64,000 nucleotides of DNA. It comes from an uncultured Chloroflexia bacterium. Lineage in GTDB: Bacteria; Chloroflexota; Limnocylindria; Limnocylindrales; CSP1-4. The notes beneath the pieces were generated by a model. That model was not told where the DNA came from. It searched no databases and worked only from the letters and a program-made list of their open reading frames with translations. Shown here piece after piece: positions 37,963 to 46,733 of the stretch. Each line of letters begins with the position of its first letter. Position 1 is the first letter of the stretch. A program made the translations under genes and the position numbers. The DNA lies in the NCBI GenBank assembly GCA_963768675.1, contig CAVYIV010000026.1, positions 23,988 through 87,987 of the forward strand. The letters run 5' to 3'.

Positions 37963-38109
37963 GGCTGGAAGTGTGGCAGCGATCGCCAATCCGCCTCGAT
38001 GCAGGCCTCGGGCACCAGGGTCTCCTTCTAGTCCGCGTCCCGGACGAGCCGGACCCCAGGTCCGCGTGGCCCCCGATCTTGTGACGAATGGCCCACCAGT
38101 GATATGTGC

Positions 38110-38140
38110 TATGCGCATATATTCGTCATGCGCGAATATA
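38110..38140. promoter_or_regulatory. candidate ArsR operator/promoter: the palindrome TATGCGCATA (38110-38119) overlapping the inverted repeat TATATTCG-N7-CGAATATA (38118-38140)
   Basis: Read directly from the sequence. This is the most AT-rich stretch I noticed in the window, 52-82 nt upstream of the ArsR start at 38192. Confidence 0.5.
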
Positions 38141-38191
38141 AGGCGACCGCACTGACAGCCGGTCGCCGGCACACGGAGGACTTCGAACGCG

Positions 38192-38572
38192 ATGGAGCGT
38201 CAGAACGCCACGCACGACATCGACGAGCTTCAGGCCTCGATGCTGCGTTCTCTGGCCAGCGCACATCGCCTGCGCATCCTGCACCTGCTCGGCGTTCATC
38301 CGTTCGAGGTCAACGAGATCGCCCGAGAGCTCTGCCTGAGCCAGGCCGCGGCCTCGCAGCACCTCGCGGCACTCCGCTCGATCGGCCTCGTCGAGGCGGT
38401 TCGCGACGGACGGACGGTCGAGTATCGCCTCGCCGATCCACAGGTCCTTGCAGCATGCGAGCTCATGCGATCGGTCCTCGTTCGACGGCTGTCGAGGCTC
38501 GGCGACCTCGCTGCGGCAGCCTACGAGCCGGCTCTCCAGGCACTCAACTCCAGCGAGGTGCATCACTCGTGA
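38192..38572 (+). CDS. ArsR/SmtB-family transcriptional regulator
   Basis: ORF 38192..38572(+), with GGAGGA upstream. It has a wHTH segment (LASAHRLRILHLLGVHPFEVNEIARELCLSQAAASQHLAALRSIGLV) and two Cys residues. Confidence 0.85.
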   Translation: MERQNATHDIDELQASMLRSLASAHRLRILHLLGVHPFEVNEIARELCLSQAAASQHLAALRSIGLVEAVRDGRTVEYRLADPQVLAACELMRSVLVRRLSRLGDLAAAAYEPALQALNSSEVHHS

Positions 38573-38976
38573 GCGGATCCCTCTCCCTCGTGCTCTTCTC
38601 GGGCACGGACGACAAGCTGATGGCGGCAGCAACGCTCGCCGCCGGCGCCGCAGCCATGGACCAGCAGGTCGACGTCCTGCTCATGTTCTGGGCGCTCGAC
38701 GCGTTCCGGAAGGACCGCATCACGACCGCCCACGGCCTTGCCTACGACGCCGCGCGCTCCCGGCCGAACGAGCCCGTGGGGAACGTCGGCGCCCTTCCCT
38801 GGCTCGAGACGTTCCGCCAGGCGAAGGAGATCGGCGAGATGACCATCCGGGCCTGCTCCGGATCGCTCGACACGCTGGGGCTCGATCCCACCGAGCTCGA
38901 CCCCATCGTGGACAGCGCGGGCGGGATCGCGTCGTTCCTGATGGCGTCCGAGGGCAGCCAGATCCTGTTCATCTGA
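38569..38976 (+). CDS. DsrE/DsrF-like family protein
   Basis: Lies inside ORF 38104..38976(+). GTG 38569 overlaps the ArsR stop (GTGA). The sequence is SLVLFSGTDDKLMAAATLAAGAAAM...TIRACSGSL. Confidence 0.65.
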   Translation: MSGSLSLVLFSGTDDKLMAAATLAAGAAAMDQQVDVLLMFWALDAFRKDRITTAHGLAYDAARSRPNEPVGNVGALPWLETFRQAKEIGEMTIRACSGSLDTLGLDPTELDPIVDSAGGIASFLMASEGSQILFI

Positions 38977-39011
38977 TCGCGGCAAACGGAAAGCGCAAGG
39001 AGAAGGAAGCC

Positions 39012-39278
39012 ATGCCAGCCACAGTCACCGAAGCCGAACTCGACACGATCACCGCCGACAAGGTCATCGACGCGCGCGGCGCCGCCTGCCCGGGCCCCCT
39101 CCTCGAAGCCAAGAAGGGTATGGGCACGGTGCCTGTCGGCGGGGTGATCGAGGTCTGGTCGAGCGACCCCGTCACCAAGACCGACATCGGGGCGTGGTCC
39201 ACGAAGGTTGGTCACGGGTTCCTCGGCGTCCTCGTCGCCGACGGGTACGACCGCGTCTTCGTGCGCCGCCAGAAGTAG
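39012..39278 (+). CDS. tusA: TusA-family sulfur carrier protein
   Basis: ATG 39012 follows AAGGAGAAGGAAG. It has the canonical IDARGAACPGPLL (CPxP) motif and is 88 aa long. Confidence 0.85.
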   Translation: MPATVTEAELDTITADKVIDARGAACPGPLLEAKKGMGTVPVGGVIEVWSSDPVTKTDIGAWSTKVGHGFLGVLVADGYDRVFVRRQK

Positions 39279-39352
39279 CCGAACCAGGACGATCCGGCGG
39301 AGCGCCAGCGCGCGTGACCGCCGGATCGACCGGAGCCAGGAGCGACCGCCCC

Positions 39353-39796
39353 ATGACCGCGTCCGTCGCCGGAGAGGCCCTGACTGAGGCGCCGGCCTTC
39401 GTCCCCCGGATCCTCGTCTTCTCGACGCACAACATCTCGGACCCGGGCATCGACCTGGCGGGAAGCTCGCACATGCACTACACGCCGGGCGTGATGGTCA
39501 TGCCCATGCCGTGCACGAGCGGGATCAAGCCGGCCTGGATCGCCCACGCGATCGAGCGGGGCTTCGACGGCGTCTTCGTCGCCTCCGACGGTGACGAGTG
39601 CGCCTATCTCCCGGACTGCGCCGAGCGCGCCTCGCGGATCATGGCGCAGGCGAACGCGCTGCTCAAGGAGGCGGGCCAGTCGACCCAGCGGCTGAAGATG
39701 GCCGCCATCTGCTCGGTCTGCGCCGAGCCGTTCACCCGGCAGGTGACGCAGTTCGCCCAGGCGCTCGTCGCCCTCGGGCCCTCGGGAGTGCGCTGA
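39353..39796 (+). CDS. MvhD/FlpD-like iron-sulfur protein (methyl-viologen-reducing hydrogenase delta-subunit family)
   Basis: Lies inside ORF 39194..39796(+), with ATG 39353. VMPMPCTSGIKPAWIAHAIERGFDGVFVASDGDECAYLPDC matches the MvhD Cys pattern. Confidence 0.7.
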   Translation: MTASVAGEALTEAPAFVPRILVFSTHNISDPGIDLAGSSHMHYTPGVMVMPMPCTSGIKPAWIAHAIERGFDGVFVASDGDECAYLPDCAERASRIMAQANALLKEAGQSTQRLKMAAICSVCAEPFTRQVTQFAQALVALGPSGVR

Positions 39797-39799
39797 GCC

Positions 39800-42522
39800 A
39801 TGGACTACGACGTGCTCGTCGTCGGCAGCGGCATCGGGGGGATGGAGTCCGCCCTGAAGCTCGGCGACATGGGCTTCAAGGTCCTCCTCGTCGAGCGGGA
39901 GGCCAGCGTCGGCGGGAAGATGATCCTGCTCAGCAAGGTCTTCCCCACGCTCGACTGCGCCAGCTGCATCTCGACGCCGAAGATGGCGTCGACGATCCAC
40001 CACCCGAACATCACGACCTACACGTACAGCGAGGTCGACGGGATCGAGCCGGACGGCGCCGGCCGCTTCCACGCCCGGATCACGCGGAAGGCGCGCTTCG
40101 TGGACGAGGCGGCCTGCACCGGCTGCCAGAAGTGCGAGACGGCCTGCACCGTGGCGGTGCCCGACCAGTTCAACGCCGACCTGGTCGCCCGGCGTGCCGC
40201 CTACATCGCGTTCCCCCAGGCCGTGCCCAAGAAGGCGGTCATCGACCGGGGCGGGAGCTCGCCGTGCTCCTGGGAATGCCCCGCGGGGATCCAGGCCCAC
40301 GGCTACGTCTCGCTGATCCGGAGCGGCGAGTACGAGAAGGCCTACCGGCTCGTGCTCGAGGCGACCCCGCTGGTCGGGACCCTGGGCCGCGCCTGCTACG
40401 CGCCGTGCGAGGCGGAGTGCACCCGCGGCTCGCTCGAGGGGACCCTCCCGATCCGCCTCCTCAAGCGGTTCGTCTCCGACCATCACGACGCCACTGCCGA
40501 GCGGCCCGGGCATCGAGATCGCCGAACCGAACGGCCGCAGGATCGCGATCGTGGGCTCCGGCCCCACCGGCCTCACCGCGGCCTGGCAGCTCGCCCGCCG
40601 CGGCTACGCCGTCAAGATCTTCGAGGCGGCCCCGGAGCCGGGCGGGTTCCTCCGCCTGGCGATCCCGTCCTACCGCCTTCCCGTCGAGGTCGTCGAGCGC
40701 GACATCGAGAACGTGCGCGCCATCGGCGTGGAGATCGTCACCAACAGCCCCGTCCGGGACGTGGCCGCGCTCAAGGAGGCCGGCTTCGACGCCGTCCTCG
40801 TGGCGACGGGCACACCCCGCTCGGCGGGGATCGGCGTCCCGGGCGAGGACCGGCTGGGCGTCCTCGGCGGCACGGACTTCCTGCGCGCGGTGAAGCTCGG
40901 CCAGCCGATGGACCTGACCGGAAAGCGCGTCGTCGTGGTCGGCGGCGGCAACGTCGCCATGGATGCCGCCCGGACGGCGCGCCGGCTCGGCGCCGCATCC
41001 GTCACGGTCGCCTACCGGCGTGGCCGCGGGGAGATGCCGGCGCACCACGTGGAGGCCGACGACGCCGAGCGCGAGGGCGTCGAGTTCAGCCTCCAGGTCA
41101 CGCCCGCCGAGGTGCTCGGCGACGAGCATGGTGCGGTGAGCGGCCTGCGGTGCACCCGCATGGCGCTCGGGGCCCCGGACGCATCCGGCCGGCGCCGCCC
41201 AGAGCCGATCCACGGCAGCGAGTTCGTGCTGCCCTGCGAGATCGTCATCGGTGCCATCGGCATGCGGCCGGACACCGGCGCCTTCGCCGAGCGGATCGGG
41301 ACCAAGGCGAACGGCACGCTCGTGGCGGACCCGACGTCCCGCCAGACCGACCTTCCCTACGTCTTCGCCGCCGGCGACGTCGTGAACGGGGCGACCGACA
41401 TCACGCGGGCGGTCGGCGAGGGTCGCCGGGCGGCCCACATGATCGACCGCTGGCTGACCGGCGGGATGCTCGCCGGGTTCGACGACCGGCTGCCCGTGAT
41501 CGACAAGGAGCAGGTTCTCGCCCGCCAGAAAGCGTACACGCTTCGGAGCCCGCTCCCGAACTCGACCCGGCTCGTCGCAAACCCGACCGACTTCTCCGAG
41601 GTGGAGGCTCCGCTGACCGAGGCGGATGCGCGCCAGGCGGCTGGTCGCTGCCTGGACTGCGCGGTGTGCAGCGAGTGCGGCGAGTGCGTCGCAGCCTGCC
41701 CGGTCGACGGGTGCATCGACCTGCGCGCGCGCGACGAGAAGCTGGAGGTGGACGTCGACGCGGTCGTCGTTGCCACCGGCTTCAAGCTCTTCGCGGCGGA
41801 TCTCAAGCCGCAGTACGGCTACGGGACGTACAAGAACGTCATCACCGGCATGCAGATGGACCGCCTGCTGGCCCCGACCCGGCCCTTCAACACGATCCTC
41901 CGGCCGGGCGACGGGAAGGTTCCCGAGCGGATCGCCTACGTCCTGTGCACGGGATCGCGCGACGAGACCGTGAACAACCCGCTCTGTTCGCGGTTCTGTT
42001 GCATGTACTCGATCAAGCAGAACCAGCTGCTCATGGGCGCGCTGCCCTTGGCGGACGTGACCGTTCACTACATGGACATCCGGGCCGCCGGCAAGCGCTA
42101 CGACGAGTTCTACGAGCAGGCGAAGTCGATGGGCGCCACCTACGTGAAGGGTAGGGTCGCCAAGATCACCGAGAAAGACGACGGCAACCTGGTCCTTCGC
42201 TACGAGGACATCGAGAACGGCGGCCGTCTCGTCGACGCGGAGTACGACCTGGTCGTCCTCGCGGTCGGCGTGCAGCCGAACAGCGATGCACAGGGGCTCT
42301 TTCCCGAGGGCGAGCTGGCCGTCGACGAGTTCCGCTACGTGGCGGAGCCGAACGAGGACCTGAACCCGGGCGCGACGAGCATCCCCGGGGTCTTCGTGGC
42401 GGGTGCGGCCTCTGGCGCCAAGGACATCGCCGACTCGATCCTGCACGCGGGTGTCGACCGCCGCCCAGGTGGCGGCGCACCTCGAACGAGCACGCCTGGC
42501 GAAGGTGGAGGTGCCGGCATGA
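39800..42522 (+). CDS. HdrA-like flavoprotein with an inserted GltD/NfnB-like NAD(P)H-binding module; two frameshifts (about 40508 and about 42452)
   Basis: The HdrA N-terminal part is in ORF 39800..42154 (VVGSGIGGMESA, GGKMILLSKVFPTLDCASCISTPKM, CTGCQKCETAC, AYIAFPQAVP). The GltD-like part and the HdrA C-terminal part are in ORF 40551..43949 (IAIVGSGPTGL..., VVVVGGGNVAMDAAR, then CLDCAVCSECGECVAACP, VVVATGF, LCTGSRD, CSRFCCMYS). The ending ...STAAQVAAHLERARLAKVEVPA-TGA is one frame over. Confidence 0.75.
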
Positions 42523-44331
42523 GCCAGGCCGAGCCGGCCAGCACCGCTCCTGCCTCTGCCGGCCCATCTCCGATCCCCACCGCCGACGCTGCCCCCGCCG
42601 CGCGCCGGATCGGCGTCTACGTCTGTCACTGCGGCGGCAACATCTCGGACTACGTCGACGTCGCCAAGGTCGTCGAGGCGGTCCAGGGAGACGGCGACGT
42701 CGCCGTCGCACGAACCGCCATGTTCGCCTGCTCGGACGCCACGCAGCAGGAGATGATCGACGACATCCAGGCGAACCAGCTCGACGGCCTGGTCGTGGCC
42801 TCGTGCTCGCCCAAGCTCCACACGTACACGTTCCGCGCCGTCGCGACGCGGGCCGGGTTGAATCCCTACGAGTACTCGCAGGTCAACATCCGCGAGCAGT
42901 GCTCCTGGATCCACACGGACGATCGCGAGGGCGCGACCAGCAAGGCCATCGGCCTCGTCGAGGCCGGGATCGCCCGGACGCGCCTGAGCGAGCCCCTCGA
43001 GCCGACGGTCGTCGAGACGACCCCGAAGACGCTCATCATCGGCGGCGGCATCGCCGGCCTCCGGGCGGCGGTCGGGCTGGCCGACATCGGCCTCCAGGTG
43101 GTCGTGGTCGAGCGCGAAATCACGCTGGGCGGCTGGGTCGGCGGCTTCGGCGAGATGTACCCGCACGGCAAGGACGGCCGGGCCCTGATCGCCGGCCTCG
43201 TGGCGGAGATCAAGAAGCGCCCCGCGATCACCGTGCTGACCGGAGCCGAGGTCGTCGGCGAAGTCCGGCAGCTTCGGCAACTACGACGTCGAAGTCCGCG
43301 TCGGCGGACCGGGCGCCGGGAGCATCTCCATCCGGGTCGGCTCGATCATCGTCGCCACCGGGTTCGACTCCTACCAGCCCGAGGCCGGCGAGTTCGGCTA
43401 CGGGATCGACGGCGTCCTGACGCTTCCGGAGTTCACGGCGCTCCTCGATCGCTCGACCGGCCCGCTGGTCCACGGAGGCCGGCCCGTGCGGAGCATCGTG
43501 TACGTCTACTGCGTCGGCAGCCGCCAGCCGGCCGACGGCGACGGCGCGAACGCCTACTGCTCGCGCTTCTGCTGCACCGCCGCGGTCCACGCGTCGGTCC
43601 GCGCGGCCGGGCTGTACGCTTCCGCCCGCCAGTACCACCTGTACCGCGACATGCGGACGTACGGGAAGTACGAGACCCTCTACACGCGGTCGCGCGAGCT
43701 GGGCTCGGTCTACCTGCGCTTCCCCGACGACGCACCGCCGGCCATCGCGCAGGGACCCGACGGCCGCCTCGTCGTGACCGTGCGGGACCTGCTCACCGGC
43801 GGCGAGGAGCTCGCGATCCCGGCGGATCTCGTCGTGCTGGTGACGGGCATGGTCCCCCGCAAGAACGAGGAGCTCGTGGGCGTCCTCAAGCTCCCGCTGG
43901 GCTCGGACGGGTTCTTCAACGAGATCCACCCGAAGCTTCGGCCGGTTGAGACGGTCGTCGGTGGGGTGCTGATCGCGGGAGCGTGCCAGGGCCCCAAGTC
44001 CTCCGCGGAGAGCGTCGCATCCGGCCTGGCGGCCGTGACCCAGAGCGCCGCGGTCCTGCGCAAGGGGTTCGCGGAGCTCGATCCGCTCGTCGCCACGGTG
44101 AACACGGGCGCGTGCACCGCCTGCGGAAAGTGCCTGGACGCGTGCCCGTACGGGGCCATCTCGATGACCGGCCTCGACGGGCGACAGGTGGCCGTCATCA
44201 GCGAGACCGGCTGCAAGGGGTGCGGTGGCTGCGTCCCGATGTGCCCGGACGACGCGATCGACCTGCGCGGGTACACCGACGCCCAGATCAGGGACCAGAT
44301 CGACCGGCTGCTGGAGGTCCCCGTCGCATGA
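42519..44331 (+). CDS. HdrA-family flavoprotein (N-terminal FeS domain, FAD domain, C-terminal 2x[4Fe-4S] ferredoxin); one frameshift near 43265
   Basis: ATG 42519 overlaps the upstream stop (ATGA). RIGVYVCHCGGNISDYVDV...VVASCSPKLHTYTFR...NIREQCSWIH and LIIGGGIAGL are in ORF 40551..43949. The sequence continues as SGSFGNYDVEV...IVATGF...YVYCVGSR...CSRFCC...ACTACGKCLDACP...GCKGCGGCVPMCP in the frame of ORF 43486..44331. Confidence 0.75.
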
Positions 44332-44570
44332 GCACGAAGAGCAGGGAGGTCCGCGAGGTCGTGCGCGAGGAGCCCGTGATGCGCGGACGTATCCTCGAGG
44401 CGCTCCGGGAGGGTCCGCGGACCGTGCCGGAGATCGCGGCGGCAATCGGCAGCCCGACCCACGAGGTGGTGTTCTGGGTGATGGGAATGCGCCGCTACGG
44501 CTGGCTGCGCGAGGTCAAGGGGCCGGCCGAGGACGGCTACTTCCGATATCAGGCGGAGGAGCGGGCATGA
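44328..44570 (+). CDS. small winged-helix-like protein (80 aa), function unknown
   Basis: ATG 44328 overlaps the HdrA stop, and its own stop overlaps the next start. RILEALREGPRTVPEIAAAIGSPTHEVVFWVMGMRRYGWL looks like a wHTH. Confidence 0.55.
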   Translation: MSTKSREVREVVREEPVMRGRILEALREGPRTVPEIAAAIGSPTHEVVFWVMGMRRYGWLREVKGPAEDGYFRYQAEERA

Positions 44571-45757
44571 CCGCGCTGGTGGACGTCGGACTCTACGGGG
44601 AGCTCCAGAAGTTCGGCGCGGCCGATGTCTCCGCATGCTTCTCTTGTGGGACATGCACGGCAACCTGCCCGCTGGTCACGGACGACGCCACGTTCCCCCG
44701 CCGGATGATCCGGTACGCACAGGTGGGGCTGCGCGACAAGCTCCTCTCGAGCAAGGAGCTCTGGACCTGCTATTCCTGCGGCGAGTGCTCGGAGACGTGC
44801 CCGACCCAGGCCGAGCCGAGCGAGTTCATGGCCGCCGCGCGCCGGTATGCGATCGGCAGCTACGACCGGACCGGGCTCGCTCGGACGATGTACACGCGGC
44901 CTGTGCTGGGCACACTGATCGCGGTCTTCTTGGCCGCGTTCTTCGCGATCTTCATGGCCGCCGGCCATGCGATCCCGTCCGGCGGGAGGCTCGACCTCTT
45001 TGCGTTCGTGCCCGAGGATCTCATCCACTCGATCGGCGTCGTCGTGATGGTGCTCGTCGCGCTGGCCGGCCTCGCCGGGCTCGTGACGATGGCGCACCAG
45101 GTTGGGCGCTCCGAAGGCGTGGGCTGGCGCACCGTGTTCGGCAGCCGCGCGGCCGTGCGTCGATCCGCCACGGCACTCTGGGAGTCGATCGGGGTCGAGT
45201 CGGTCGGCCAGCGGCGCTACCGCGAGGACTGCGACGCCGACAAGGCGACGGTCCCACTCTACCGCCGCCGCTGGCTCCTCCATGCCCTGACGATGTGGGG
45301 CTTCCTGGGGCTCCTCGCGGCCACGATCCTCGACTACGGCCTGGCGCTGCTCGGCATCAAGGCGACCGGTACGCCCGTGCCGATCTGGTACCCGGTCCGC
45401 CTGCTGGGGACCGTCGCCGGGCTGATGCTGGTCTATGGCGCGAGCATGCTCATCGTCGAGCGCTATCGCAAGGCTAGCCGCTCGGTGGCGCACTCGGCCC
45501 CGGCCGACTGGACCCTCCTCACCCTGCTGTGGATCACCGGCGTCACCGGGTTCACACTCGAGCTTGCCCTGTACCTGCCGCAGGCGCCGACCTGGGGCTA
45601 CTGGGTCTTCCTCTTCCACGTGGCGGTCGCGATGGAGCTGGTCCTGCTGGCACCCTTCATGAAGCTGGCGCACGTGATCTACCGGCCGGTGGCACTCTTC
45701 TTCTATGCGCTGGGTCGGGCACCCGACCAGCCCGACCTTCAGGGAGGCACGCGATGA
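44567..45757 (+). CDS. QmoC-like subunit: HdrC-type 2x[4Fe-4S] domain fused to a NarI/HdrE/DsrM-type membrane domain
   Basis: Lies inside ORF 44225..45757(+), with ATG 44567. It has CFSCGTCTATCP and CYSCGECSETCP, followed by about 6 hydrophobic helices with conserved His residues. Confidence 0.7.
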   Translation: MTALVDVGLYGELQKFGAADVSACFSCGTCTATCPLVTDDATFPRRMIRYAQVGLRDKLLSSKELWTCYSCGECSETCPTQAEPSEFMAAARRYAIGSYDRTGLARTMYTRPVLGTLIAVFLAAFFAIFMAAGHAIPSGGRLDLFAFVPEDLIHSIGVVVMVLVALAGLAGLVTMAHQVGRSEGVGWRTVFGSRAAVRRSATALWESIGVESVGQRRYREDCDADKATVPLYRRRWLLHALTMWGFLGLLAATILDYGLALLGIKATGTPVPIWYPVRLLGTVAGLMLVYGASMLIVERYRKASRSVAHSAPADWTLLTLLWITGVTGFTLELALYLPQAPTWGYWVFLFHVAVAMELVLLAPFMKLAHVIYRPVALFFYALGRAPDQPDLQGGTR

Positions 45758-46248
45758 CCGGCAGCCTCGAGCACGTCGCCCATGCGCACGGTGAGTACAT
45801 GCTGAGCCAGATCGACCGGATGCCCGGCGTGGGGGACATGGTCGGGACGGCGACCCCGGCCGAGCTCCGCGTGAGCCTGGACGAGATGCACGCCTTCCTG
45901 ACCGAGGCCCTGATCCCGCACATGGAGGCCACCGAGGCCTCGCTCTACCCGGAGCTGGAGCGGATGTTCCAGAACGTCCATTCGATGGCGCCGCTCCGAC
46001 GCGAGCATGCCGAGATCCGCCGGTCGACCGCCGAGCTGGCCCGAGTCCGCAAGCACATCGGCGAGGACCGGATCTCGGTCGGCGACGCGATCGCACTGCG
46101 CCGGGTGATCTTCCACCTCTACGCGCTCCTGAAGGTGCATCTCGCCGAGGAGCAGGTCTACCTGGACATCCTCGATCGGCGCGAGGCGCCCGAGATGGCC
46201 GATGCGCTCGCCGCGGCGATGGCGCACCCCGGCAGCCCGGAGGTCTGA
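45754..46248 (+). CDS. hemerythrin-domain protein
   Basis: Lies inside ORF 45529..46248(+). ATG 45754 overlaps the upstream stop. H/E-rich helices (HAHGEYM, LIPHMEATE, LRREHAEI, VHLAEEQ) are typical of the hemerythrin HHE cation-binding domain. Confidence 0.65.
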   Translation: MTGSLEHVAHAHGEYMLSQIDRMPGVGDMVGTATPAELRVSLDEMHAFLTEALIPHMEATEASLYPELERMFQNVHSMAPLRREHAEIRRSTAELARVRKHIGEDRISVGDAIALRRVIFHLYALLKVHLAEEQVYLDILDRREAPEMADALAAAMAHPGSPEV

Positions 46249-46305
46249 GCAGACCGCTCGCCGGGTGACTGCCGACGTGGGAGGGCCGGCGGCGCTCGAC
46301 GGTTA

Positions 46306-46326
46306 CCATTGATAGCCACCTGGCAC
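46306..46326. promoter_or_regulatory. shared upstream motif, copy 1: CCATTGATAGCCACCTGGCAC
   Basis: A near-identical 21-mer, CCATTGATAGCCCACAGGCAC, occurs at 46734-46754 upstream of the MarR gene. It contains a TTGATA (-35-like) hexamer. Confidence 0.35.
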
Positions 46327-46380
46327 CTTTTGGAGTAAGATTCGGCTGTTGGCCGAACGTACGAAGGTGGAGCGGGTGCG

Positions 46381-46608
46381 ATGAGCGAGAAGCAGGACCA
46401 CGTTGGCGACTTCGCCGAGGGCGAGGAGAAGGAGCACGTCAAGCCGGGCACCCTGATGGGCGACTTTGCGGCCGGCCAGGAGAAGGAACCCCGGGTCGGG
46501 ACCGTCCAGCCGCGCGGCGATTTCGCGGCGGGGCAGGAGAAGGAGCCGGTCGATCCGACGGCCCCGCGGGGTGACTTCGCGGCGGGCGAGCGAACGCTTC
46601 CCAGGTAG
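46381..46608 (+). CDS. small acidic repeat protein, 4 x GDFA(E/A)G(E/Q)EKE-like motif
   Basis: ORF 46381..46608(+), with GGTGGAG 8 nt upstream. The GDFAxG motif recurs at four positions. Confidence 0.6.
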   Translation: MSEKQDHVGDFAEGEEKEHVKPGTLMGDFAAGQEKEPRVGTVQPRGDFAAGQEKEPVDPTAPRGDFAAGERTLPR

Positions 46609-46733
46609 ACAGCCGGTGGCGCCGAGGGCGGCCCAGCCTGGGCCGCCGACGTCCGGCGTCCTTCGGAACGGGAGATGGCCGTCCACGGACTCGTGGGCGG
46701 CCATCGCTACGCGGCGGATGCGAGGCCGTCGCG

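Noticed and set aside
40551-43949. An 1132-aa ORF that appears to fuse the GltD-like module, an HdrA C-terminus and a second HdrA into one giant protein.
   Set aside because: The first gene ends in a neighbouring frame (...KVEVPA-TGA at 42520-42522), overlapping an ATG at 42519. After about 43265 the listed frame degenerates into Arg-rich sequence, while the real continuation is in ORF 43486..44331.
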